From the NCBI GenBank assembly GCA_044225175.1, contig JBGAJA010000003.1, forward strand, positions 69,428 to 133,427: 64,000 nt of DNA, read 5' to 3'. The notes under the pieces were generated by a model. That model saw only the letters and a program-made list of their open reading frames with translations. It was not told where the DNA came from and did not search any database. The DNA comes from Candidatus Omnitrophota bacterium. Lineage in GTDB: Bacteria; Omnitrophota; Gorgyraeia; Zapsychrales; Fredricksoniimonadaceae. A program made the translations under genes and the position numbers. Position 1 is the stretch's first letter. Each line of letters begins with the position of its first letter. Shown here in pieces: positions 9,067-18,593 of the stretch.

Positions 9067-10629
9067 TATTTCGTTTTTGAGGTATAAATCCTCCCAACCA
9101 GTTGTATTTGCAATAGTTTGCAGAGGTTCGAACCGGTTGTGGAGGATTTTTATTTCAGGAGCGAGTCCCAAAAGGAAAGAAAATTTTTGCTCGACGGTAA
9201 TATCAAGTTTTCGATCTTGTAAGAGAAGGTTCGAACTTAACTCCGCAGTAATACTTTGTTTGACCTGCCAGTCGCCTTCCTGAAACCGTTTTTTGGCCGA
9301 TTCTGCAAAGTTAAAGGCCTTTTCCGCCGCATCAATCCAATTAGGGCTAGAAGAAGCGTTTAAAGAAGACTCTAGGCTTTCTTTTTCTTTTAAGAGGGCG
9401 CTCCGTTTAGCCGCGTATTCTTCTGCAGTGATTTCTTCATTTACTCGGAGGCTGAGAAGGGTATCGAGTTTTCTTATCGCTGTTACCACCTTTTCTTGGA
9501 TGGCATTTTTGCTGTTAAGGGATGCGGTATCATCGTGTTCATTTTCTGCCCTTAGCTGTTTAATAGCCCATTGATGGAAAGGGAGAGGAATGGAAATTTG
9601 ATCCAAGACCCCCAAGATTTGTTGATCTATTTCATCATTGCGGACGGCGGGTTGAGAGCAATCACGATTGATGCGTTTGGTGCAATGGTAATAAGTATAG
9701 TTATGAATATTCCCGTTCTTTTGATGTTTTGTTCGATGCTCAGAAGTGATCGATGCGCCACATTCTCCACAGCGAACTAACCCTCTAAAAGCAAAACCGC
9801 CGCGTTTCTTCAGCTGTTTAACCCGACCGTCCAGAATATCTTGGGCAAGATCAAACTCCGCTTTTGAAATCATGGGTTCATGGACACCTTTATATCTTTT
9901 GCCTTGCCAATCGAATTCGCCATAATAAAAAGGATTTCTTAATATCCTATAAAAACTGCTACGACCAAATTCTTTTCCAGCTCTTCCTCTAAGGCCCATT
10001 TTGGTCGCTCTCAAATAGATTTGTTCAGCCGAACATTTTTCTTCTAACAGGATGTTCCAGACTTGTTTCATGATTGGAAAGAGGTGGGGATCCGAATAGA
10101 TGGGAAGGTGTTCCGGTAAATTATGGCGATTGTTTAAATAACCGATTGGAGGCTTATGGGGGAGCCAACCTTTCTCAGCCTTAGCCCGTTGACCACGTTT
10201 GGTATTTAGGCTTAGATCCAAGATAAACTGATTGGCCATCCCGAATTCGACACTCATCATTAAGACGTTATCGGAAGGAAGGTAGCCTTTTTGGAAGGTC
10301 TGGATGTGCTGTAGGACGCCTTGTTGAAGCATCCAGGTGATATTGCCGCCATCAACCGGATTACGTGCTAGGCGGTCTAGTTTCCAACACAGAATGCCAT
10401 TTGCTTTGCCCTCATGGATCTGCTGGAGCATTTGATTAAAAACTGTTCGACCTGGTGCTTTGGCAGACTTTTCTTCAGTGCAAGTGCCGATGATATTTAA
10501 ATTAAGGTCTTTAGCCAGTCTTTTGAGCTCTTCGATTTGGGAGGGAATAGATGCGACTTGCTTATCTTCATTTTCTGATGATTTGCGTGCGTACAGTAGG
10601 TATTTATTAGCTATAGATAAAGATGTCAT
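9055..10629 (-). CDS. large serine recombinase/integrase
   Basis: LYARKSS catalytic motif, KLDRLARN, recombinase domain (ILRNPFYYG, HEPMIS), Zn ribbon (CGECG...YYHC...C), coiled coil; stop codon lies inside tRNA-His. Confidence 0.95.
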   Translation of the reverse strand: MTSLSIANKYLLYARKSSENEDKQVASIPSQIEELKRLAKDLNLNIIGTCTEEKSAKAPGRTVFNQMLQQIHEGKANGILCWKLDRLARNPVDGGNITWMLQQGVLQHIQTFQKGYLPSDNVLMMSVEFGMANQFILDLSLNTKRGQRAKAEKGWLPHKPPIGYLNNRHNLPEHLPIYSDPHLFPIMKQVWNILLEEKCSAEQIYLRATKMGLRGRAGKEFGRSSFYRILRNPFYYGEFDWQGKRYKGVHEPMISKAEFDLAQDILDGRVKQLKKRGGFAFRGLVRCGECGASITSEHRTKHQKNGNIHNYTYYHCTKRINRDCSQPAVRNDEIDQQILGVLDQISIPLPFHQWAIKQLRAENEHDDTASLNSKNAIQEKVVTAIRKLDTLLSLRVNEEITAEEYAAKRSALLKEKESLESSLNASSSPNWIDAAEKAFNFAESAKKRFQEGDWQVKQSITAELSSNLLLQDRKLDITVEQKFSFLLGLAPEIKILHNRFEPLQTIANTTGWEDLYLKNEIWGG

Positions 10630-10799
10630 TTTTCAATACGTTTAAGTAATTTTAGTAGATCCGATTTCTTATATAAACGGTAATTGTTCATAGGATGCCG
10701 GTGGGGTGTTAATTTGCCTTGCTTGTCCCAATTTCGTAGTGTTTGACTGGTTATTTTAAGTAGTTTTGCAGCATCTTTGATGCGAAATAGTTCAGACAT
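10626..10799 (-). CDS. MerR-type HTH, probable excisionase/directionality factor (57 aa)
   Basis: Absent from the ORF track. AGGAG RBS; MSELFRIKDAAKLLKITSQTLRNWDKQGKLTPHRHPMNNYRLYKKSDLLKLLKRIEK; ATGA overlap with the integrase start. Confidence 0.85.
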   Translation of the reverse strand: MSELFRIKDAAKLLKITSQTLRNWDKQGKLTPHRHPMNNYRLYKKSDLLKLLKRIEK

Positions 10800-10863
10800 T
10801 GGGATCTCCTAACCTTATAAAACATTATAAATTATAACTCGAGTTATCATTGTATTCAACGAC

Positions 10864-11361
10864 TTATTTTTGTGATTCTTTTAAATATGCTTTGGCTTCT
10901 TTAGGTGAATATCCATATTGGAAAAGACGTTCAAATTGGTGGCTGTTTCTGCAACTTTGGTAAGTTAAATCATGACAGTGTCTGCAACCAAAGTATTTAT
11001 CTACTAAATAAAGTATTCCCACGCGTTTTAGGCAAGGAACACTGTTCTTTACAAGGGGACAAATAAACCACCATTTTTTATCTCCTATAAAGTGGCTGGG
11101 GGTAGAGGTGAGTTTGACCTTGTAATCCATAGTATTTCGTCCATCCATTTCTTGATTTGTAAAAGTGTACATAAGGCGCATATATTTATCATTAGGATTA
11201 ATTGATATGATGAATTGAATGCTTCCTAATTCTTGACCAGAAGGGTCTTGCCAAGACATCACCCCTTTCTTTATGCCAGTAAAAAAGCCTTTTTTATTTA
11301 GTCTTACAGTACTTATGGAATTGCACTCTTCCACAGTTAATTTCTTAGCATGACGCCCCAT
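10864..11361 (-). CDS. Cys-rich (Zn-finger-like) mobile-element protein
   Basis: WWFICP...C...RVGILY...FGCRHCHDLTYQS; AGGAG RBS. Confidence 0.7.
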   Translation of the reverse strand: MGRHAKKLTVEECNSISTVRLNKKGFFTGIKKGVMSWQDPSGQELGSIQFIISINPNDKYMRLMYTFTNQEMDGRNTMDYKVKLTSTPSHFIGDKKWWFICPLVKNSVPCLKRVGILYLVDKYFGCRHCHDLTYQSCRNSHQFERLFQYGYSPKEAKAYLKESQK

Positions 11362-11414
11362 TTGCGATCTCCTTTTTTCTAAATCATCGATGATTTATTT
11401 AATCTTATTTACTT

Positions 11415-12035
11415 TTATGTAACGCTATCTACTGTGCCGTTAAATGTTCTTTTGATTTCATGGATTTTCTTAAGACTTTCATCATCAATATCTTTAAGCT
11501 TTACCATTTCTTCATGCGTGTATATGATCCCATCTTCAAAATGGATACAACCGTCTTTAGACACAAAATGTAATTCCAGCTTCTCTGAGAAAAATCTTCT
11601 GGGGAGCTTTGGGACGTTTGGGACGGCATTAACAAGACTACTTTTCAAAGAGAAGTCAGCAGGTTTGGTTATAGATTCTTTTCGTGTGTGAGTCTCATTA
11701 ACATGTCCCAAGTGTCCCAACACATTCTTCTCAATGACCAATGGTTTATGTTTTTCTGCGGGTTTAATCTTCATTAAAGATCCAGTTCTTGGGTGAAGGG
11801 ATACTTTGTCATTTTTGGTAAAACTATTTTCTTTAATGCCAACAAGTGCGAATATTCGTTGATAATGATTTCCACCCTTGCCGCCGGCATTAACCACACA
11901 TCCAAATGCCCCAGTAGAAGCAACAAAAAGGTGGTTGCCTTTTTGATCATGCCCAGTCTCCGCGCAAGCCGGACACTGGGCAATGATATTATTTCCTTGA
12001 TGTTTGACTTTTGAAAGTTTACTGATGTCCAACAT
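11415..12035 (-). CDS. replication-associated protein with N-terminal primase-type Zn-binding motif
   Basis: Likely start MLDISK at 12035, overlapping the primase stop; AQCPAC...H...FGC motif. Confidence 0.6.
   Translation of the reverse strand: MLDISKLSKVKHQGNNIIAQCPACAETGHDQKGNHLFVASTGAFGCVVNAGGKGGNHYQRIFALVGIKENSFTKNDKVSLHPRTGSLMKIKPAEKHKPLVIEKNVLGHLGHVNETHTRKESITKPADFSLKSSLVNAVPNVPKLPRRFFSEKLELHFVSKDGCIHFEDGIIYTHEEMVKLKDIDDESLKKIHEIKRTFNGTVDSVT
11608..11721. repeat. inverted pairs of 9-bp direct repeats (iteron-like)
   Basis: TTTGGGACG x2 (11608-11625) facing TGTCCCAAG/TGTCCCAAC (11704-11721); shared core TTGGGAC. Confidence 0.6.
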
Positions 12036-14109
12036 CTTTGAGCCTAACTTTTCTATAACCTTTATGGTCTTTTCCATTTCTGGGAATGGATCCAGATTTA
12101 GGTGTTGAGAATAATTCCAACATGTATTTTTCCAATTCTTTGGGAATAACGGTTGGAGGCTTTGGATTCCATTGTTTCTCAGCGCAGTATTCAGAATAGG
12201 CGTCAATGATTTCTTGAGTAGTTAGAGTAGAGGGGGCATCTTTTATTACTCTGTCATTGAGGAAATGTCTGATGCTATCGCTTTCTGATAACAACGCTTC
12301 TACGATGGATTTTTGATTATCTTCAAGGTGAATATCACCATATTTATTGATATCATTAAAGATCATAGCAAGGCCATGAAGCGCCCAATTCAGAATGCCA
12401 GATCCTTCTTCTTTGATGAGTAAATCTGCAAAATCAGGGATCTTTTTAATTGGAGGAGGGCATTCAAATCTTACTATTAAAAGACGCCGTCTCCAAGCGC
12501 CGGCATCAGAGTATAAGCGTATTTGAAGGCGAGAATTAGAGGTGATTACAACGCAGAATTTACCTTGGATTGGAAAATTTCCAGTTCCTCCTTTTTGTTC
12601 CGCATCAAACCAATCGCCACCGACTAACCCTTTGATAACGTGGGCACCTTTCTCAGAGAGGAAGTTCCCCGGAACATCAACTCCAACCAAGAGGGTTTTC
12701 TTTAAGTAACGATATAGTTCAAATCGTTCGCTGAGGTGTTTTGTACGTAATTCGGTAAAGTTTGCTCTTCCTATCAGATGTTGAATGATTAAAGATAATT
12801 GTGATTTTCCCCGACCAGATTCTCCATCAAGGATAAGGAATCGCTGAATAAGATTTCTTCCCAATAAGCAGAGGCCAAAATACTTTTGGATGATCGTTGA
12901 ATCAGACGCACTAACAGCAGGGAGGAGTAGTTCATTTAGGAATCTGGGGCATTTTGCATCTTTATCGTATGGGATTGGACATTGGTTTCTCGAATAAAAA
13001 TCAGGAGAGAAACTAACAAAATCTGCTTCATTGGTGTCGTTAAATACAATGATCCCATTTGCAAGATGTACAAATTTCTTATTTTCTTTGTCAAAGGCAT
13101 TTTGTTTTTCACTAATACCTTTTAATTGAGTGACGATATGAGTAAGGCAGGTGTTATACCTTTTTAATTCAAGTGATGGGATTTCTTGTTCGCGGGAGAC
13201 TTCCAATATTCTAGAAGAGATTTCTTGCTTAATTTGATCAATTGAGAGAGTCTCACGGAGGCCTGTTTCTGGATTATAAATATAGAAAGCCTTTTCATTA
13301 GGCTCAAAAAGTAAAATGTGTTCATGGTTGTACGTGCCCGCCCAAAAACATTCATTAATGGCGTAAACAATTCTTTTATCGTTTATATAATATGGTTCAC
13401 CGTAAAGATTAATTAATTCTTTGAGATCCCCCGTTGATTCTATTTCTTCAGACACTGTTTCTTTTTCAAGAGGGGGTTCATAGTAAGGCGTGTTTTGTAT
13501 TATTTCTTCGAAGTCTGATTTTTGTCCTCCAGCTTCTATCCAATCGGAAATATCTTTCACAGCAGTGTTGTTAATATCAGGTAATTCAATTATTTTTAGT
13601 TTGATCCCTTGGGGGGCTAATTTATTAGTAATATCAAATGCATGGTTACGTCCAACCTCATCTTTATCGGGCAGTATAATAACCTCCTGAGCGTCCTTAA
13701 TTGAATCTGTGTAGTTATTTTTCCATTTGCCAGCTCCCATGGCGCATGTAGTGGTAGCGTAACCCCATGAGGCAAGGTTATCTGCATCTTTTTCTCCCTC
13801 GCAAATAAAGATTGGTTGGCCCTGTTTAATCGCTTCAATTATTTCTGGTAAGTGGTATAAAACTGGTTCCACGGTCTCTAACCAGACTGCATTCGCTGAA
13901 GGAGGGGCAGACTTATCATTTGAACAATTCTTTATTAGCGAATAAGATCCCAAAGGCTCACGTTGTTCATACCAACCTTCATTACGTCCATAGGCAAAAA
14001 ATCCATTGCAGGGGCGCCCTTGAAAGAAATCTTTCTTGTCTGTGCGTAAAATTTGAAAAATAATATTTCCTCGAGTGTCTCTGTAGTCATACTTTTTTAC
14101 TATGTTCAT
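12019..14109 (-). CDS. TOPRIM primase fused to D5/P4-type SF3 helicase
   Basis: ICEGEKDAD and LPDKDEVG TOPRIM motifs; NGI, GESGRGKS Walker A, IKGLVGGD, GAWRRRLLIV, EGSGILNWAL. Confidence 0.9.
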   Translation of the reverse strand: MNIVKKYDYRDTRGNIIFQILRTDKKDFFQGRPCNGFFAYGRNEGWYEQREPLGSYSLIKNCSNDKSAPPSANAVWLETVEPVLYHLPEIIEAIKQGQPIFICEGEKDADNLASWGYATTTCAMGAGKWKNNYTDSIKDAQEVIILPDKDEVGRNHAFDITNKLAPQGIKLKIIELPDINNTAVKDISDWIEAGGQKSDFEEIIQNTPYYEPPLEKETVSEEIESTGDLKELINLYGEPYYINDKRIVYAINECFWAGTYNHEHILLFEPNEKAFYIYNPETGLRETLSIDQIKQEISSRILEVSREQEIPSLELKRYNTCLTHIVTQLKGISEKQNAFDKENKKFVHLANGIIVFNDTNEADFVSFSPDFYSRNQCPIPYDKDAKCPRFLNELLLPAVSASDSTIIQKYFGLCLLGRNLIQRFLILDGESGRGKSQLSLIIQHLIGRANFTELRTKHLSERFELYRYLKKTLLVGVDVPGNFLSEKGAHVIKGLVGGDWFDAEQKGGTGNFPIQGKFCVVITSNSRLQIRLYSDAGAWRRRLLIVRFECPPPIKKIPDFADLLIKEEGSGILNWALHGLAMIFNDINKYGDIHLEDNQKSIVEALLSESDSIRHFLNDRVIKDAPSTLTTQEIIDAYSEYCAEKQWNPKPPTVIPKELEKYMLELFSTPKSGSIPRNGKDHKGYRKVRLKDVGHQ

Positions 14110-14251
14110 GACGGGTTTCCTTTTTGTGTACTATTTTGTAGAATCTGATTAAATGCATAGCCAGCTCAGCAGCTTCGTCTGTTGATAAATCAATTCCGAA
14201 GGTTGATTTATAAATATTACGGAATTCGTTGGTAGCTTCTTTAGTTAACAT
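14087..14251 (-). CDS. small mobile-element protein (54 aa)
   Basis: MLTKEATNEFRNIYKSTFGIDLSTDEAAELAMHLIRFYKIV; overlaps the primase start. Confidence 0.6.
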   Translation of the reverse strand: MLTKEATNEFRNIYKSTFGIDLSTDEAAELAMHLIRFYKIVHKKETRHEHSKKV

Positions 14252-14260
14252 TGTCAGACA

Positions 14261-14295
14261 ATAAAAAACCCTATAAGTTAAGATGCTCATAGGGT
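14261..14295 (-). terminator. terminator in the leader of the replication operon
   Basis: ACCCTAT...ATAGGGT stem followed by TTTTTTAT on the minus strand. Confidence 0.5.
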
Positions 14296-14406
14296 AATAC
14301 GAAAATATCCGTTTGTGATCGCACTAGAAAATGATTTCTTTAATGCGGGGTTAGAGCTTAGGGATTGTTAGGTGGGCTTGGATGTAATTGATTGATAAAT
14401 ATGAAG

Positions 14407-15159
14407 TTATAGTTTTAATAGATCAGATAGATAAACAGGATGATCGTCATCTAGGAGTCCCATTTCTGCATAAAATTCTATTTGCTTTTTTGGTCGATCT
14501 CTATACTCGGCGAGAATTCTTTGAATTTGAGACTCGCTAAGATCATATTTATTGAATTCATTTTCAGGAATATTCTTTTCAAGATAATTCGCTAGACGTA
14601 TTTTTATTTCTTTGAGAGGAAAACGACCTTTTTTCCAGCCTAAATCTTTAAGACATTTTATAAGGTAATTATTTCGCATTTGAGTGGCATGGTTAGCCCG
14701 AGGATTCTTTCTACCATCATTAAGAAATTCAAGTTTTCGCAGAATGGTTTTTGTGTCGGTCAAATATTTGGGCCCATCGATCGGTATTCTTTTGTTCTTA
14801 AAAATGGAAATAGGTAGTTCAATGGAGTCTTTAGGAAAGCTATCTTGATAAATATAGGTGGGAATTGAATCTTGAATTATTTTGTGAAAAAAATCTCCGT
14901 ATTGTTTTTGAACAATTTTCGGCAGCATATGGTTTAGGTATTTACCCTTCCAGTAAACCATGAAATTATTATGCTCTGTTTTTTGTCCTTCTGGTTTAAG
15001 GGAATTAGAAGGAAGTTCAGAATAAAAGGCGGCAGAAAAATCTTTGAAGATTAAAACAGGTGGTTGATGCTTAATGGGAATAATAACCACACCATTAAGG
15101 TTTTTAAAGTGCCAGTAATCGATGGAGAAGCGTTCAGATTCGGTATCCATATAAAACAT
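14407..15159 (-). CDS. hypothetical protein, possible C-terminal HTH
   Basis: 250-aa ORF; LSESQIQRILAEY could be a recognition helix. Confidence 0.5.
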   Translation of the reverse strand: MFYMDTESERFSIDYWHFKNLNGVVIIPIKHQPPVLIFKDFSAAFYSELPSNSLKPEGQKTEHNNFMVYWKGKYLNHMLPKIVQKQYGDFFHKIIQDSIPTYIYQDSFPKDSIELPISIFKNKRIPIDGPKYLTDTKTILRKLEFLNDGRKNPRANHATQMRNNYLIKCLKDLGWKKGRFPLKEIKIRLANYLEKNIPENEFNKYDLSESQIQRILAEYRDRPKKQIEFYAEMGLLDDDHPVYLSDLLKL

Positions 15160-15284
15160 TATAAATGCAGTAATAATTTTGACCAGTTTTGATTTAGTGT
15201 TTAATTTACAAAAACATCCGAAGGTGATAATCTAATTACAATTACCATGGAGGCGGTATCGATTAATAGCCTTTAAATACATAT

Positions 15285-15397
15285 TTAGGAACACGCTTTC
15301 CTAATTTCCACCAACTTGCAGGAGGAAAGGACTGTGTCCCGACGCACTTTATTGTGCGTTCGGGGCAGGCGGTCTTTCGCTTTTACCTGCAAGTTGG
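15285..15397 (+). ncRNA. structured leader RNA (small hairpin plus long bulged hairpin)
   Basis: TTAGGAA-CACGCT-TTCCTAA; then CCAACTTGCAGG...GAAAGGACTG...TGTCCCGACGCAC-TTTATT-GTGCGTTCGGGGCA...CGGTCTTTC...CCTGCAAGTTGG. Confidence 0.55.
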
Positions 15398-15467
15398 GCG
15401 ATCGACTTAAAAATGCTTGCCCCTTTTTTATTTGTTCAAGGGGAAGCAAAATAAAAAAGGGGGCAAG

Positions 15468-16019
15468 GTGAGAAATATTTTATTAGTTTTAATGAGTTTT
15501 TTGTTAGCTGGCTGTGCTGCTCTAGGCATCGAAAATTTACCTGGAACTATAAGTGAGCGTGTTTCTGGTTTTGATAACACTAAAGAAATAACTATGGAAC
15601 CAGCATGGATTACCGGTGGCCCCATTAAGCTGAATTTATATAAAACTTCTAAAATGGCAGAGAATGAAGCGATTTTAGTGGTCACCGTAAAAGGCGCCTA
15701 TAATTTTTCTAATAAAAGTTCCTTACAGATTAATATTGATGGGAATATAGTCACACTTGAGTCTATAGATGTGCTTACTGATGTTTCAACAGATCCGGGG
15801 GTGTACAATTCAGTTGTCTCTATTTCAGCAGAAAATTGGTCATCTAAACGGTATGAGGTTACAAAAGATCTTGTGAAGAAATTAATTGATGCTAAGGAGG
15901 CCTGGGTAAAAGTTAATTTATTTAAAGATTATGTTGAGGGGAACTTCTCAACAGATAAGCCTATGATGGCGCGACCAGCATTTAGGGAGTTTTATAAAAA
16001 AGCTTGGGAAGCTAAATAA
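15468..16019 (+). CDS. lipoprotein
   Basis: AAGGGGG RBS, GTG start, lipobox LLAGC. Confidence 0.75.
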   Translation: MRNILLVLMSFLLAGCAALGIENLPGTISERVSGFDNTKEITMEPAWITGGPIKLNLYKTSKMAENEAILVVTVKGAYNFSNKSSLQINIDGNIVTLESIDVLTDVSTDPGVYNSVVSISAENWSSKRYEVTKDLVKKLIDAKEAWVKVNLFKDYVEGNFSTDKPMMARPAFREFYKKAWEAK

Positions 16020-16030
16020 GAAGGGGGCAG

Positions 16031-16102
16031 ATGAAGTAGATTATTTGTGCAGTAGGCATATTTTCTAGTATTTCTTTAAATGTTTTTGCTGCAGGAATAT
16101 AG
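16031..16102 (+). pseudogene. orphan signal-peptide remnant
   Basis: AAGGGGG RBS then MK*IICAVGIFSSISLNVFAAGI*, with a stop at codon 3. Confidence 0.4.
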
Positions 16103-16110
16103 GGAGGATT

Positions 16111-16380
16111 ATGAAAAATAAGATAAATAACTTGGATGTCGGTAAGAATAAGATGAAAGTGAGCCTGGAGTTAATGTTTGTGGTGGGAGCAATAGTATTC
16201 GTAGTTTTTTTTACATGGGTAACATTATTTTCAGGATTTCATGTAGCTCCATCTCAGGTGGGAACTGTGTTTATGACAATGGGTGTTTCGGTAATTGTAT
16301 TAATATTCTTTATAAATAGATTGATGCAACCAAAGATTCTTGAAGGGGGAATAAGGAGCTTGTTCTTAAGGAAGTCGTAG
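16111..16380 (+). CDS. small two-TM membrane protein
   Basis: GGGAGG RBS; two hydrophobic helices. Confidence 0.55.
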   Translation: MKNKINNLDVGKNKMKVSLELMFVVGAIVFVVFFTWVTLFSGFHVAPSQVGTVFMTMGVSVIVLIFFINRLMQPKILEGGIRSLFLRKS

Positions 16381-16814
16381 GAGTTGTTGGGCGTTTAGAA
16401 TTGCTGCCTGATAAGATTAGGATTTCAAGAAAAGGGGCTGGAGCGCTATTTACTCATGGATTTAAGGGTGATAAAGAAATCTTTATAAAGTATATTTCTT
16501 CAATTCAGTTTAAAAAGGCGGGTTTAATAATCAATGGATACATTCAGTTTGCCTTTTTAGGGGGACAGGAGTCAAAATCAGGTTTATATAGTGCCGTTCA
16601 AGATGAAAATACTATAGTGTTTAATTCTTATCAGCAGAAGGATTTTGAAGAAATAAAGGCTATGATTGAGTCTAAGATGGCGACCACAGAGAATAATAAT
16701 TCCTCAATAGATAAAAATTTGGAAGATTTAGAAAGATTGGCTAATTTGAAACAAAAGGGGATTCTTACTGAAGAAGAGTTTCAATTAAAGAAAGAACAAA
16801 TTTTGCGATTGTAA
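16353..16814 (+). CDS. DUF4429/PH-like plus SHOCT protein, start codon apparently mutated
   Basis: Frame is open from 16344 (KELVLKEVVGVVGRLELLPDKIRISRKG); C-terminal SHOCT LERLANLKQKGILTEEEFQLKKEQIL; AAG stands where ATG is expected after the RBS. Confidence 0.65.
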   Translation, partial: KELVLKEVVGVVGRLELLPDKIRISRKGAGALFTHGFKGDKEIFIKYISSIQFKKAGLIINGYIQFAFLGGQESKSGLYSAVQDENTIVFNSYQQKDFEEIKAMIESKMATTENNNSSIDKNLEDLERLANLKQKGILTEEEFQLKKEQILRL

Positions 16815-16864
16815 AATAGTGGGATATTTTTGATTTATAAATTAAAAATGAAAGGTGAATAGAT

Positions 16865-17290
16865 ATGAAAAGAATTCTAGTTTTACTCTTGTGTTTTGGA
16901 TTGGTAGGGTGTGCGACGGTTCCATCTTTAGGAGAAAAATCAACATTATTAAAAGTTGGAATGTCTAAAAGTGAGGTTACTCAACTTTTGGGAGTTCCTA
17001 AGACTACTTCAGTGAATAAGACAGATGATGGTATTGTTGAGAAATGGTCATATTGGGTGAAAAAAATGGTTGGGTATGTAATGTTTGATGATCCCAATTT
17101 AGCTGGATTAGGCAATCGGTTAACGGTAACATTTAAGAATGACGTTGTTCAATCATGGGGTGATCAACTAGATTACAGTAATATGATTGATCAAAGTACA
17201 CAGGTCATGAAAGAAGCAATGAAGAATATGCAGCCAATTCAAGTTGAGCAAACAGTCTATCAAAGCAATAAAGCGGATTCTAAGAAGTAG
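16865..17290 (+). CDS. SmpA/BamE-like lipoprotein
   Basis: Lipobox LVGC; LKVGMSKSEVTQLLGVP...EKWSY...LTVTFKNDVV. Confidence 0.75.
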   Translation: MKRILVLLLCFGLVGCATVPSLGEKSTLLKVGMSKSEVTQLLGVPKTTSVNKTDDGIVEKWSYWVKKMVGYVMFDDPNLAGLGNRLTVTFKNDVVQSWGDQLDYSNMIDQSTQVMKEAMKNMQPIQVEQTVYQSNKADSKK

Positions 17291-17330
17291 GCGTAGCACG
17301 CTGTCTTTTGACTTTTGTATTAGGATAAAT

Positions 17331-17372
17331 AAGACCCTCTGGGATTTAATAAATTGCAGGGGGTTTTTATTT
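17331..17372 (+). terminator. intrinsic terminator
   Basis: GACCCTCTG...CAGGGGGTT followed by a T-tract. Confidence 0.6.
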
Positions 17373-17452
17373 GGAGTAGACTTATAAGAATATGAATCGG
17401 GGGATATTGCTATTCGAATTTAAAGAACAGATGATAAAATTAAAGATCATTG

Positions 17453-18394
17453 ATGAATAAGAATTCTATTAAAAAACAATTAGCACAAGACCTGCCGGAT
17501 CGAATTAGATTTCTTTCTAGGAAGATTGCAAGAAAACCATCCTCATTTAGGTCAAGATGGGCCGTCTCTATAGATCAATCTTTTGATCTTTATACTAATA
17601 CAAGTACGGTCAATCTTATACAAAGCATCAATAATATGTTGGCTGAGGAAAATTGGCCTTTACCAGCATATCTTAATGCAAAGGGCGAAATATATAGACT
17701 TTCTCCTCTTCCAGGATTGATCAATTCTTTAAAGAGCTTCATTGGACTTAGCAGGCTTGTTTTAATTCTGATGTCTCTAAATGTTGGTCTAAATAAGAAG
17801 AAGACTTTTGATGCTCACATGTCTAACTTTTCTAGATTTTATGCAAAAGACATTTTCAGTGATTTAAAACTCAATCCTTTATTAAAAGAGAAAAGACTAA
17901 TTATTAATGAGATTGAGAAAGCGTATAGATTAAGAATGTGGGCAACATGTATTACTACTATGGTGCCTATATTTGATTTTGTTATGAGATCTTACTTTGG
18001 TTCTCAAGACCTGAAGATTTCTATTCAGACATTACGGGACGCTTTTGGAAAATCTGGTCTCAAGCCAAAAGATTTGAAGCCAGGTCATGCTATTTGGGAG
18101 GCGCGTGAAAATCCTCATAAAGGTAATACCTTTACCAAATCGATAGAAGAGGATCTTCGGCTTCCAGGCGTTTATTTATCTTCATTCTTTGAGTTCGCAG
18201 ATAGATACTACGGATGGTATGAATCTACGGATAACCCCGATGCTCTTCTCAATAGACATGCTATTATACATTGTTCTACAGGATGTTGGAACGAGCCTAA
18301 TGCGATCAGGCTGCTGACATTCTTAGATTTAACCCTTAAACTTGAGAATGTATTAAAAACTTTAATACATGGGGACACTTTTGTTGATACTTAA
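17453..18394 (+). CDS. hypothetical protein with HEPN-like Rx4H motif
   Basis: LLNRHAIIH near the C-terminus of a helical region. Confidence 0.6.
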   Translation: MNKNSIKKQLAQDLPDRIRFLSRKIARKPSSFRSRWAVSIDQSFDLYTNTSTVNLIQSINNMLAEENWPLPAYLNAKGEIYRLSPLPGLINSLKSFIGLSRLVLILMSLNVGLNKKKTFDAHMSNFSRFYAKDIFSDLKLNPLLKEKRLIINEIEKAYRLRMWATCITTMVPIFDFVMRSYFGSQDLKISIQTLRDAFGKSGLKPKDLKPGHAIWEARENPHKGNTFTKSIEEDLRLPGVYLSSFFEFADRYYGWYESTDNPDALLNRHAIIHCSTGCWNEPNAIRLLTFLDLTLKLENVLKTLIHGDTFVDT

Positions 18395-18593
18395 ATAAGA
18401 TTAAACATTTAGTGAGATCCCGGTCTTGGAAATTTTTGTTTTTCAGAAGGGAAGATGCCCGACGGACTTTGTTACTAGGGTTTGTAATGAAACAACGTCG
18501 GTGTATGACTGTTTCAGTCATGGTGTAGCGTTCTAGACGGCTAACTTACCTCTCCCACAGACCTGATATTCACAAACAAGCAACGCGGAAAAT

